Part shown: piece after piece, positions 11,257 to 23,082 of the stretch
Layout: each line of letters starts with the position of its first letter
How positions within the stretch are numbered: the stretch's first letter is position 1
Assembly (NCBI GenBank): GCA_040285855.1
Contig: JAUFOQ010000006.1
Coordinates: 558,001 to 622,000, forward strand
Direction: 5' to 3'
Length of the DNA: 64,000 bases
Source of the DNA: Eukaryota sp. GEM-RC1
Lineage: Eukaryota
Notes under the pieces: model-generated
Database searches by the model: none
Told to the model about the DNA's origin: nothing
Seen by the model: only the letters and a program-made list of their open reading frames with translations
Made by a program: the position numbers and the translations under genes

Positions 11257-12160
11257 TCATTTTTACAAAAATGCATTTAATCGAGTGTTTGTGATCTAAC
11301 ATTAAGGTTACGTTTTCGAAAGGATCTTTTCTTTTTTTAGACTTAACTGGTGATTCTTTTTCGTTTGTTTTTTCATTTGTTTTTACTGCCAATGGGCATT
11401 TTCTTATATCATGACCAGTGTTTCTACACTTTGAACATTTACGCCCAATTGGTTTTTTCACCAGTTGAGGTTCGTTTTCATTATTATTGTTTGATCGTTT
11501 TTGTTTTCTTGGAGGCATATTGCTGACAGTGGCAAGCCTTTTTCCTGGATTAACGTGGCTGTCCAGTTTCAAGTTCAATCTGATACGAAATTGAGAGGGA
11601 TCAAATTGATGATGCATAATTTCATTTTGAAAATCTGTCATCATTATACAGTGATCAATGTGACCAATTGTTTCAACATTAAATGTCTTAAATAATACTT
11701 CAATAAAAAACAGAACAAATATGCCACAATCATAACCATTGTCCTGTTTCACAGTATTAATGTGACAATGGTAAAAATGGTTTGGGCAAAACGATTGTAT
11801 AAAATCAATTTTTGAGGACAACAAATTACTATTAGAGATAGAATCCATGAAGTATAACGTGTCAGTCATGAAATCTATAACACATAGTCCCCAGTGAGTT
11901 CCAGCAAATCCGTCAATAATACCATTGTTCATGAGAATAAGAACAAGCCGACAATCTGCATTTTTTTCTCTTATATCATGATAAATAACATCTTTCTCTA
12001 CCGTTAGAAAGTTATATACATGATAAAAATCCAATAGTTTGATTGGCGAGTGGGTAATCCAAACTGATATGATTTATGGAAAAAGAAGGTGGAATAGCTC
12101 TAACCATTCACATTCAGACAACAATGTTATGTCTTCAAATTCATGTGAGTTAAATGATAC
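11093..12160 (-). CDS. C48 (Ulp1/NEDP1-SENP8-like) cysteine protease plus CCHC zinc knuckle; probable N-terminal part of the Fanzor polyprotein
   Basis: DITLLSECEWL, GTHWGL (His), YFMDS (Asp), QDNGYDCG (Gln/Cys); CSKCRNTGHDIRKC knuckle at about 11394..11443. Confidence 0.82.
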
Positions 12161-12184
12161 CGGTCCGGGATTCGACTCGATATC
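12161..12184 (-). other. 2A-like ribosome-skipping (StopGo) motif DIESNPGP
   Basis: LFVVDLTNDGDIESNPG|P exactly matches D(V/I)ExNPGP with a preceding G and a hydrophobic upstream segment. Confidence 0.85.
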
Positions 12185-12409
12185 ACCATCGTTGGTTAAA
12201 TCTACCACAAACAAATGAATCAAACAAAATTTGAAATTGTGTTTATTCTCCAAATCAAAAGTGAATTGCTTTTGTCGAGTTTTACAACAAGACACGGACC
12301 ACTGCGGTATTAACTCATCAGGAGTTGCAGATATCAAGCTGTTAGCCTCTTCTCTGCAACTGCCCTGAGTTGTTAATCCTGGGTTAGGGCCGTAGTCCCC
12401 ACCCAAATT

Positions 12410-12694
12410 CATAACTGAAAGGACGGAACTTTCAGTCTCAACTGGATACAAAACATCCAGCCGAGGAGGATTGGAACCTCTTATAGTGTTAGGAGGATTG
12501 GAACCTTCCTGAACACATAACTGAAAGGACGGAACTTTCAGTCTCAACTGGATACAAAACATCCAGCCGAGGAGGATTGGAACCTCTTATAGTGTTAGGA
12601 GGATTGGAACCTCCTGAACACATAACTGAAAGGATGGAACTTTCAGTCTCAACTGGATACAAAACATCCAGCCGAGGAGGATTGGAACCTCTTA
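12410..12694. repeat. About 2.7 copies of a 105/106-bp tandem repeat rich in hairpins
   Basis: Units start at 12411, 12517 and 12622; near-identical; encodes 35-aa RGSNPPRLDVLYPVETESSVLSVMCSGGSNPPNTI on the minus strand. Confidence 0.95.
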
Positions 12695-13693
12695 CTGTGT
12701 GAGACATCAACAAACCTGATGGAGTCATGAGACGGAAATAAGTCACTGTCGACATTGTTATTGATTGTTCATCACTTTCCTCTCAGCAGGATTCCGTTTC
12801 ATAGGGGATTTTGATTTTACCAACAGTTTTCTTTTCACTTTTTACTGCTACTGATGCAGCTTTCTCAGGTATCAGCGTCTTGCTAGTCCTAACACGCTGT
12901 GATTGACTTACTTTCTTTCTTGAAGGTGTTCGCTATATATGCACTGACTGGTGCTACAGGTCTTATTGCTGTCTTCTATGATGCTGTTAGATTTAAGGAA
13001 TACGAGCTTCTTCTCATTCTGGCTTTTGGAATTCTTTCACCATTTGCTGAACTTGTCTGCAAGGACGACAATAGCTTCGACTCTTCTTCAGGTCTAGAAA
13101 TCATGGTTAAGTTGCTGCGTTGTGTACAAGTGGTTTATGTCTTCCTATAATGCTATTCCACATTGACAATATAGCCGCCATCCCTCTAACTATTGATTTA
13201 AGCGGGCTATGCTTTTCTACTCCTCGGTATTCATTTTTGTTGAGAAAGTTGCTCCTGACAACGACTCCTTTTAGTTCCTGTTTTGTTCATTGTAGATAAA
13301 CTCAATCAAACAGTATCCATTTTATCTTCGTATCCGTCTCTTCCTTATAGTGTCTCTGTAATAGTGTGATTCCTTTGAGTGTGGGTATACACTTTTGACA
13401 TGATCAATGCTAAATATCACACATCAGTCTTGTTACTTGTTCTCTTCTTAAATCAAGACGCTCTTTCATACCCTAGATAAACAAAATGATAGCTATGGAT
13501 TGTACAGAGTTTATTGATTCTATACATCTAGATAATGCACACAAAACTTAAACGTTGCAAAACGGAGGTGTTAGTGGTATCAAAAGAAAGCTGTCACATA
13601 AACCTATGTCTGTATAAAACACATCACATTTTAACAATGTCTACAAGGAGACATTGACATTTGACATTTGTATTGGCTATACGTCGTCAGCAA

Positions 13694-15931
13694 ATGTCAC
13701 TAGCATTCGGTTTGGGCAAAAACAAATTCTTCAGTTGTTCCCAAACCATTCCAACAAATGCTCCTTCTGCAATGAACTTACCGAAATTTGCAGATTCAGC
13801 CAATGTCAAGGTCGTTACAAGATGTCGACCTGTTGTCAATGATAAGTCTGTTGCACAAATATCTGGTGACACCATTACTTTGTCAGATAATTCTACTGAT
13901 GAACCTATAGAACGTACTTTCCAGTTTGACAAAGTCTTTCCGAGTAACACGGACCAACCTGAGTTTTTCAACGATGTTGGTAAAGAACTTTGTGATGTTG
14001 TTCTTAACGGCTTCAATGCTTGTATTCTTGCATACGGTCAAACTTCTTCAGGAAAGACCTACAGTATCGTTGGAGAATGTCCCGAAACCAGGGGCATTAT
14101 TCCTCTCTCCTGTGAATATCTCTTCTCCCAAGCAACTAGACGATCTCCTTACTTCAATGTTACCATCTCAATGTCCATACTCGAGATCTTTCTCAACCAA
14201 ATGATGGATCTTGGTCGGGAAGCTGTCCAAAAGCTCAAAAACTTTCCATCATCTCGGATTAGTTACTCTCCTGCTGCAGTAATTCCCTCCCCAGCACCTC
14301 CTTCCTACTCACAGGATGACGTTTGCATCCCTCCTCCTCCAATGGTGCGTCCTGCTTCTGCCAAAGATCCATCGACCTTCTCTCCTCCATCGCAGAACCT
14401 TGTTATCAGGGAAGAGTCGAAAGGAAAAACACATCTTCATGGACTAGCTCAAATAACAGTCACTTCAATCGACGAAGTCTCTAGAATTCTCACTGAAGCT
14501 CTTAAAGTACGTCATTCAGCTCACACACTTCTCAATTCCCACTCTTCACGTTCTCACCTCGTGGTAACCTTCTCTGTTACTCAAACCTCCATCCGCAACA
14601 CCTCCAACCAAGCAGCAATCACTGGAAGTCTATCCGTAGTAGATCTAGCTGGCAGTGAGCGTATCAAGAAGAGTCATGGAATGGAGGTGACTACAGAACG
14701 TAGAAGGGAAGCCGCTAGTATCAACTCAAGTCTTTCCGTCCTAGGAAACGTAGTATCATCACTTTCTGGAGGTAGCTCTCACGTTCCCTTTAGAGATTCA
14801 AAACTAACACGTGTTTTACAGTCATTGGGGTTAGGTCAAGGTGGTAATTCTTATATTATACTGTTAGCAACTCTATATCCATTGGCTGCTCACTTTTCTG
14901 AGACTCTGAATACGTTAACCTTTGCTAATAGGTGTTTGGCTATTCAGACTGGTCCGAGAGTTAATTATAATCTTTTAGATGAGCATTCTTATCAATCTAA
15001 ACTACGTGAGCTGCAGGATACGATTGTCCAAATGACTGGGAAGATCAATCAATTACAAGAAGAGCTCAGCGAACGTGATGAAAGATTACAAATGAAACAA
15101 AGTATGGGTGTGGTTGAAGGTCAAAAAGATGACGTTAATTTGAACTATGATGATGTGGCAATGTCACGTCAAGCGATTAATACAATCAATAAGCTCGAGA
15201 ACAGGTTCAGGACTGCTCAGGGTAATAACGTTGCTGCTTTAGTACGGCAAGTTCAACGGACGTTAAAGTACAAGAATGAGGTTGTTGAGGTGTCTGATGA
15301 AAATTCACGACTTTTGAGCGAATCACGTGAGCTTTTGAGCCGGCAGAATGATTTGTATCAAAGTGAATTGTCCCATGCCTCTCAGTTGACTGCTGAATTA
15401 ATGCATCAATGTGATGAACTGAAGACAAAACATCAGTTAGAGGGAATTAGAGCACAAACTGCTATTCAATCGTCACGAAGTGGTTTGCTGTCGAGTAATT
15501 TTAAGAGTTCTAAAAATTTAAATAATTCAAAAGTTGATGGAGTCACGAACTCTAATTATAACAGACTCTTGGAGCAAAAAGACTCGGAGATCGCCCAGTT
15601 GAAATCACAAATCAGTCAAATGCAATCAGGTCACGATACTCAGATTAAATCAATTTCAAAAGAGGCTCAAAAACTGTTTAAATTAATGAGGCAACGTGAT
15701 AGGGTCATTAATGACGTCATCACCGGTCGTCTATCAGATCATATTCATTTTGGTGGTATTAAAGGCCGATTTCTTGATTTGCCGGTCAGTCAGAAACCTG
15801 CCACTTTCAACGTTTCTGAGTTTAAAGAGCTCTATAAGCTGACGTCATTGATTAGTGATGACGATAGGATATTATCGGTTCCAAATTTTAGAAAAAGAAG
15901 ACCGAGGTCAGCTGCTCCGTCGTGGGTTTGA
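13694..15931 (+). CDS. Kinesin motor protein with C-terminal coiled coil
   Basis: VVTRCRP, FQFDKVF, P-loop AYGQTSSGKT, NSHSSRSH, VDLAGSE, HVPFRDSKLT; start could also be ATG 13772. Confidence 0.95.
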   Translation: MSLAFGLGKNKFFSCSQTIPTNAPSAMNLPKFADSANVKVVTRCRPVVNDKSVAQISGDTITLSDNSTDEPIERTFQFDKVFPSNTDQPEFFNDVGKELCDVVLNGFNACILAYGQTSSGKTYSIVGECPETRGIIPLSCEYLFSQATRRSPYFNVTISMSILEIFLNQMMDLGREAVQKLKNFPSSRISYSPAAVIPSPAPPSYSQDDVCIPPPPMVRPASAKDPSTFSPPSQNLVIREESKGKTHLHGLAQITVTSIDEVSRILTEALKVRHSAHTLLNSHSSRSHLVVTFSVTQTSIRNTSNQAAITGSLSVVDLAGSERIKKSHGMEVTTERRREAASINSSLSVLGNVVSSLSGGSSHVPFRDSKLTRVLQSLGLGQGGNSYIILLATLYPLAAHFSETLNTLTFANRCLAIQTGPRVNYNLLDEHSYQSKLRELQDTIVQMTGKINQLQEELSERDERLQMKQSMGVVEGQKDDVNLNYDDVAMSRQAINTINKLENRFRTAQGNNVAALVRQVQRTLKYKNEVVEVSDENSRLLSESRELLSRQNDLYQSELSHASQLTAELMHQCDELKTKHQLEGIRAQTAIQSSRSGLLSSNFKSSKNLNNSKVDGVTNSNYNRLLEQKDSEIAQLKSQISQMQSGHDTQIKSISKEAQKLFKLMRQRDRVINDVITGRLSDHIHFGGIKGRFLDLPVSQKPATFNVSEFKELYKLTSLISDDDRILSVPNFRKRRPRSAAPSWV

Positions 15932-16752
15932 GAAGTTTTAAATATTTGGAATTTTTGTTACTATTTCCAGAGTTTTTGTTTTATAATGTTCAATTTATTG
16001 ATCTTTCGGGGTTTTCTTCTTCTTTGTATTATACTATTTTCAGGTTTTCTTCGTCAATTCAATGTACTTTACAAATTTATTGCTAGAACTTTTGTCAAAT
16101 TTCCTTGTTTTGGATTCCTAAACTTACTTTTTCGACCGATGTACTTTGGAACTACTTTGTAAACTTCTGCCGGTATTTTCTGTATGTGGATATTTGTCAA
16201 ACCTATCATAATTCCTGATTTCTTCTACATCGATTTCTTCTACATCGATTGTGGAAGTATTTACTTTAAAGTTTGATGTTTCAATTGTTTGTTACATGTG
16301 ATGATTGAAAACAAATAAACGACATTTACCTTCTTTAAGCTTTTCAAGTACAGACAGTACAGTAGTATGCGTTACAGTTATTCATATAATATGAGCAAGT
16401 TTCCGGAGGGAAGATGATGTCTCTATATCAAATGGTTTTATCTTCAGGCAACTCTGTGGCACACTGATTAGGCTCAGCATCTTAATTTTAAATATTGGCA
16501 ATGTTAAACGACTATCCATCTGAAAGTAATAATGAAAAAATACACCATCAGGCTGAACTATATTGTTTACTCTCAGTGTGGTTATAGTGGACTGACCAAC
16601 AGAACGGTTTGTTCATAAACTAACCACAAATGTTTTTCTTCTAGTAGATTATCGGAATAAAGAATTCAAACCAATTAACCCTAATTGACGTTGTCCTAGT
16701 TTTACTTGAATTTAGAATTGTATTTGGTCTTGAAAGAAAGTTGTGTTTTACA

Positions 16753-17310
16753 CATGGAACGCAAATGTTCCGTACCGCGGCGATTTTAGGCGTACCGTAC
16801 CGTACGTATGTACGTATGGTACAAGTACCGGTACTGTACTTTTGACCGACTAATTAATACTTTTTTGAAGATGATAATCCAATGTGAGATTTTAACAGTT
16901 ACCATCGTAATACATTCTACTGTTAAACAAAGCTCAGGATATCAAGATCGTGACTGTCACACTTGTCCAAATTTAAGGTACGTCATTTGCTGACCACAAC
17001 TTCCCCAAAATAACATTTCTACGTCAGCAAACACACGAAATCCACAATAGTAGTAGCGTCTTGGAATCACAATGCATTTGACGAGTGACTACGACGTAAT
17101 ATAACAATGATAAAGGGCCCAAAAACCCACAGATTGGATTTCGAAACGATCAGAAGATGCAGTACCAATTTGAACTAGTACTGTGTTTGACTAGTGAATG
17201 AACCTCCACTTAAAAAATAGTATTTATAAATCCATTTAGAATATTCATAAATGGACTTTTTATAAAATCAAATGACATCGGTACGGATAAAATAAATCGG
17301 TACGTACCAA
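16753..17310 (+). mobile_element. hAT-type MITE family A (CATGGAACGCAAATG end), right end truncated
   Basis: Homologous to the copies at 26218, 29969 and 63938. Confidence 0.8.
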
Positions 17311-17402
17311 TCCGATGAATGAATTTCACTGGGTATCAATGCCTTTTACGTTATACTGTTTAAATTTTTGTTAAAAAATTCAAATCGAATTTGTTAATAC
17401 AA

Positions 17403-19760
17403 CTACAACAATTTTCGTCGTTTCAATCGATCAATAAATTCATGGTCTGCTAATTCATCAAGCAATCTTTCCCAGTGACTTGCCGTGTCAAAATCACATT
17501 GGGTTCCAATTCCTTTCATATAACACAGTATAACTTCTTTCACCCCATTTTCATTATTCAATTCTGCTGACTTTTGGAAACAGTTCAAAGGCGATTTGAT
17601 GGTTTTGATCGACCCCAGTACCATTCTTATACCTTACACCCATGATACACATTGCAACTGAACATCCATGATCAACCGCCATCTGAAAATATTTGATTGC
17701 CTTGTCGAAGTCCCTTTCAACTGCGTCTCCTTGTAAGTAAACATATCCTAAATCAGTCATTGCACCAGCATTGCCCAACTCAACAGCATACCTCAACAGT
17801 TGAACACCTTCTTCGAGAATTTGATCGATTCCATGGCCATATCTAAGACAATTTGACAACCAATAGAGACCTTCAGAATTATTCAGATCAGCGGACTTGT
17901 TAAACCAATTGAATGCTTGTTCGAGGGATTCATCGACACCTATACCATCATAGAAACAATATCCTATATTAATCATACCATAAACATGTCCCAACTCAGC
18001 AGATTTTTTAAAATAGTGAGCTGCCTTTTCTAAATTCAATTCAATCCCTAAACCTAAATAATAACAGCACCCTAATTTAAAAATTGATTCAACATGATGC
18101 AAATTTGCAGCTTTTAAAAAGAGCACAAATGATTTATCATAGTTTTGTGTTACTTCGTTTCCATTAAAGAAATCCATTCCCAATGAAAACAGAACTTCTT
18201 CCACTTTTTTCGTCGGGTCAACAAGATTCTCCAAGACGTTGATATCATTCTTCTGGGACGACAAGATCTTCAGTGACTTCGTGGCGACGTAAGAGTTGAT
18301 GAAAGATTTAAGGGCTTTGTCAGTATTTAATTTCATTAAAAAAGATAAAAACTCAAATTTGTTTACATCATCAACAGAAATGGACTTCACACAAAGAATA
18401 AAAGAATCAATTGTCCAGGACAGGTTGAATTCTTCAGAATGTGTCCAGGAATTGACCAGACATCTTCCTGACCATAAGCCATAATCACTGGGCAGATTTT
18501 GACAGAAAAGTGTAAGACACGTGGGGGAGAAACAAATATTGTTTTCATTCGCCAAAGACTCAGGAGAGTTGACAGAAGGAAACACTTGACAAAGAAACTT
18601 TAAATGTTTTTGCAAAAGTGGGGTTCTATCAACGTGGCGTAATAATATAAGAAACCAAGAAGCTGGAATATTCCTAAAGTTCTGTACATTTTTGAAAATC
18701 CTCAAAGTCCATTCAACCAATGTGGTTCGGAAATCCGGATTCTCAAATAATGGAACCAAAATATCAAATATATCAAATAATTGGGTTTCCGAAATAGTTA
18801 CGATATTCAATATTGAAGCCAATTCCGTATCCAAAAAGCCTGAATTGTTATAAAGTTTCATTAAACAATTGAACATCCAACGCGTATCAATAAAAGGAAT
18901 CAAATACACGATGAAAGAAACTCTTAAGGGAATTGGGTTTTCCGTGACATTTGAAATTTTAAATATTTGGATATTTTCCTTTAGAAAATAGAACTGATTT
19001 CGTTCGCTGGAAATCTGCAGTAGATGAATCAAATCTGGTTCTGAAAAACTATTATTTAATAGAAACTGACAACAAGCCAATTTAAGATCATCAACTTGGA
19101 AATACACTGATAATTGGAAAAAATCCAAGATATTTGGAAACAGTTAATATAATTGATTGAAAGTGGAATAGATCAAAAAACTGTGAGAAAGTGTCTTCAG
19201 CAACACCTGGAAATTGATCAGAGTATTCAAAACTTCGCACATCTGAATCTGCAAATTCACAAGTAAAGGAATTATAGAAAAAACTGGAAAATAAAGACAA
19301 TAAAACAGAATTCATCATACATGTGGTATCCTTGTAAGAAACACGCACGTCACTAGGCCGTGATTCGACAATTTTGGAAATTATAACCATTGAATCCAGT
19401 TTAAAATTGTTTTCTTTTAAGTTGTCCAGTCCCTTGGCCATTCTCTCGGTAACAAACTCACTTAGCTCCTGGAACTGGAAGCAAAGAAGCAATGATGGAA
19501 AGAGGGGGAAGGGATTTAGTAGTGACAGGTAAACAATGACCATAGAAAGTAGATAAAACCAAGAAGAAAAGGTCAGGATCTGAAAGAAAAGGAAGTGGGG
19601 GAAACTCTACTGAGGAAGATCTAAACAGTTTTTCTTTGAGAACAGAACTGAAGGTACTTGCAACGAAAGAATGACAATGAAAAGGAACATCATCAAAGAG
19701 GATGATAGTGTCTGTGAGAATATTGTCCTTTTGAAAGAGTGCAGCTTGTTGCAGAAACAA
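17403..19760 (-). CDS. Tandem BTB/POZ-domain protein with C-terminal Sel1-like repeats, several frameshifts
   Basis: LTDTIILFDDVPFHCHSFVASTFS and NSVLLSLFSSFF...FADS (BTB-like); repeated LG.CY..G.G......A Sel1 motifs; may extend upstream to about 19990. Confidence 0.75.
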
Positions 19761-20010
19761 GTGGTCGTGAAGAAGAAGTTCGATTGACCAGTAGTATTTG
19801 TATTTACAGCAGACGGAGAAGCAGATGTTACGTCTTTTTCGCGAACAGACTCAGTTGAGAAACGGTGAGCTTGGTGAAGAGAAGGGATTGCAACGGTTGA
19901 AGTTGTGGATGTGTCACTGTCATCATCATCATCATCGAGTGCTGAACAGGATGTCACAAACGAAACAATGAATGGATGTGGCTCATCTTCATCCGTAGAA
20001 GAACGGTAGA

Positions 20011-20111
20011 TGGAGCGTGGACAAGTGTATAGATAATTATTGTGGATATCAGCTAATCCTTGATCGGTGGAGCGTGGACAAGTGTATAGATAATTATTAT
20101 GGATATCAGCT
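20011..20111. repeat. 57-bp period direct duplication
   Basis: TGGAGCGTGGACAAGTGTATAGATAATTATT(G/A)TGGATATCAGCT at 20011 and 20068. Confidence 0.85.
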
Positions 20112-20194
20112 TCGGTCCTGTCGAAATCAGAACCTGGAAACATTTTTGTTGAGTTGGAAGAGAATATTATCACTACATTTGTGGCTTCTAATTA

Positions 20195-20717
20195 CACTCT
20201 TCACAACAATTAGTCTGAATCAGACTAATTATGAATGTCCATCGAAACAGTACCAAACAATAATTAGTCTGATTTAGAGTAATTTCTGATTCAGACTAAT
20301 TAATGACTGGGAAAATTAGTCTGAATCAGAGTAATTATGAATATTCATATTTAGTTTGAATCAATATCCCAAACAATAAATGATGTGTTGTACATCAGGA
20401 TCGTTGCTGGCACCTAAAATAGAGGTATAAGACTGACTGAAGAATTCAGAAACAGGACAGATCCGCCATCGAAATACCTCTTTAAAATTGATTAGTGACC
20501 GAATTGTCTTTCAAACTAGTACCAGTAATGGATGACACGGGCTGTATATGGCAATTCAACCAAAGTTTCTAGGAAGAAAAGTAAAAAGGGGATGTACAAC
20601 ACAGTTTCACTGAAAAATATTGGACACTCCTAACTTGGTCAAACAATAATTAGTCTGATTCAGACTAATAAGTGACTCAGACTAATTTTGAATTCAGACT
20701 ATTTGTTGTGAAGAGTG
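20195..20717. mobile_element. MITE with CACTCTTCACAACAA TIRs flanked by TA
   Basis: 15-bp TIR, TA on both sides, internal ATTAGTCTGA palindromic subrepeats; related to 60842..61208. Confidence 0.85.
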
Positions 20718-21327
20718 TAATGTGGGCAAATCACACACGTTGCGTCACGTTGCATCACAAGTTTTTACGTGACGTGACGCAACGCAGAATAGTTCCGCGT
20801 CACCTGTTACGTAGCGTCACGTCACGTCGACGTACGTCGTAACGAGACTCTTTTAAAAATATAAAATACAATACGTTGTTTAAGAAATTATTTGAAGTCA
20901 TGTACTCCAAAATTTGAGAGTCCAAATTGACAATTCCTACCTCACATGAGCACTTTCACAGCCTATTTGTTTTGTTTATTGAACGTAAAACACCTGGAAC
21001 TTTCAACACCGAATCTTTATTTCCGGATGTACAAAAACAGTATCATCTACTAGTATATGTCGAACAGATGACAGAATCTTCTTCATCTTCACCGGATACT
21101 TGTGATAGATTTACCGACGATTCGGATGTTGAAGATGTCGAAACTCATGAAGCTGAGTTGTGTGTGTATTTGAAGGATACACTTGAGACACCGACTTACT
21201 GGAATCTCGATTTTCTTGGCAGCTGTTGCCAAAGACTTCTGACCAATTCAAGCCACACGGGTTCTTTATCAAATTGCTGTAGAGTACAATCAACACGAGA
21301 GTTGAGTCTTCACCTTTTAAAAATGGT

Positions 21328-23082
21328 TTATTTTTCCAAAATATGGAAGTGTAGAATAAACAGATTAAACAATGAAAGAGTACAAAGTACAGTTACTCCC
21401 CAATTGATACTTTTAGTACCTTTATCACTAGCATGAGTGGCAAAGTACATTATAATTGCCATGTTGATTCCTCGTGATAAAGACATTAACATTAAAGTAG
21501 ACACCAGCGAAACAACAAGTGGTAATAGATTGACAGTTCGACAATCAATTTCACTGAAAACTCTCGCAATTGCTGTAGCTGTTGAGAAAATTAAACTTCC
21601 AGAGGCTTCAGAGGGAAATAGGTCAATGAAGGGCGGAAAAAGTAGAAATATGAAGTAACAACTTGCTGCAACAATACTAGACAGTCCAGATACTGCTCCT
21701 ATGTTAATTCCAATTAAACTCTGAACTAAAACTGAAGGAGGAATGGAGTGGAAAAGAGGAGAGACGATGTTGCTTAGAGAATCAATTACTAACAATCTAT
21801 ACATCATTTTGTAATGAGTCTCATCAAATGGGGAGAATTCTGGATTTGGAATATATGAACGTTTCCAGAAAGGTCCAAACCTAGACTGTGATGGAACCTT
21901 GAAGTCTTCAGAAGTCAAGCTAGTAGGGGAAGGTGTATTTCCATAACATGGAAGAGGTGGTATTGCAATGGAAAACTCGTTGTCTTGAACATCTGGTGTA
22001 GTAACTTCGCCAGGAACACTTTCTGACAAAAAGTTCATCTCTTGTCTAGTGTGGATGGTTTCTTTTTCACTATGATAACTACATGAAACACCATCAGGAG
22101 AATTAGCTTCACGTCGTCTGGATGTCAAACTTGATTCATTTTTGAAATATTGACCTTTGACTGAAACTTGGAACGTGCCAGTCGGAGTTTGAACCAACAC
22201 GTCATCTCTGCTGGAAAGAGCTTCGTTGATTGAAGTCAGAGTGGCAATACTGGAAAGAGTTCGACCTGTGATTAGCTACAATTAATTAAATCATACTGAG
22301 TGTAAACTCAAGAGCAGCCAGTACGTGTTTCAAATTGAAAGAAATTGAAAGAGTGAAGAAATTTGAAATATCCCAAGTAAACCAATCATGAGTGATGATC
22401 TGAGTATTAGTTAATCTCCGTACAATCAGTGAAAAGGGAATGACAGCGCACATAGCATATAGAGAAGCTTTCCACTTCTGTTGAAGCCGAAGGCTCAAAA
22501 GACAAGTAGAAACAGACCAATAACAGATACTCTAAAGATTGGACTTGGTTGTCCAAGATGAAACTCACCAGAATCAGATTGAACAAGAACTTCCATGGCT
22601 ATAAGCCCGAGAAGACATAGAAAAAGTTCAATAGTAAGGACAATGTTGTACCAAAAGGGTTTGCTAAGTGAAGTGAGAAGAAGTTTGATGACACCGGATA
22701 CCACGATAAGGAAATACAACACACCACTAGTGAACAAAACCCCTAAAACTTCTTTAAAGGAGAACCCAATGTTGAGAAGGGTTTGAATCTCGAAAACCTG
22801 GCTCATTTGAGGGGTGAATATAACAGGTGCATTGGCATAGGTGCTTGAAAGGATGGTGAAGATGAGGCTCATGAGCAGGGAACCTTCAAATGAGGAGGAA
22901 TGGTCCTCTTCAGCAACAGAAGAAACAAACAAGGGGTAATTAGCAAACACTGAGATAGTAACAATGGTTTGGAGAATCCCGGCAACAAACTCAGTGAACA
23001 GAGTACCGCCTCTGTCCTCAACAGAAAAGTAGTTAGCAAGGAAAGCGTTGGAGCGTTTGAGGGCCACAGCACAGCTCCTCAT
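21328..23082 (-). CDS. AzgA-like nucleobase (xanthine/uracil/adenine) permease, split over three ORFs
   Basis: N-terminal YFSVEDRGGTLFTEFVAG matches the AzgA-family start; multiple TM segments; exact exon structure and 3' end unresolved. Confidence 0.6.

Noticed and set aside
12270..12325. Hammerhead ribozyme (minus-strand CTGATGAG...CTCGAC)
   Set aside because: The required GAAA after stem II is absent and no stems I/III were found
12410..12694. CRISPR-like array next to an RNA-guided nuclease
   Set aside because: Units are identical end to end with no variable spacers; it is a tandem repeat
2790..12760. Endogenous giant-virus segment (Pol X and Fanzor both occur in NCLDVs)
   Set aside because: No viral hallmark genes (capsid, packaging ATPase, PolB, primase); the neighbours are ordinary host genes and TEs
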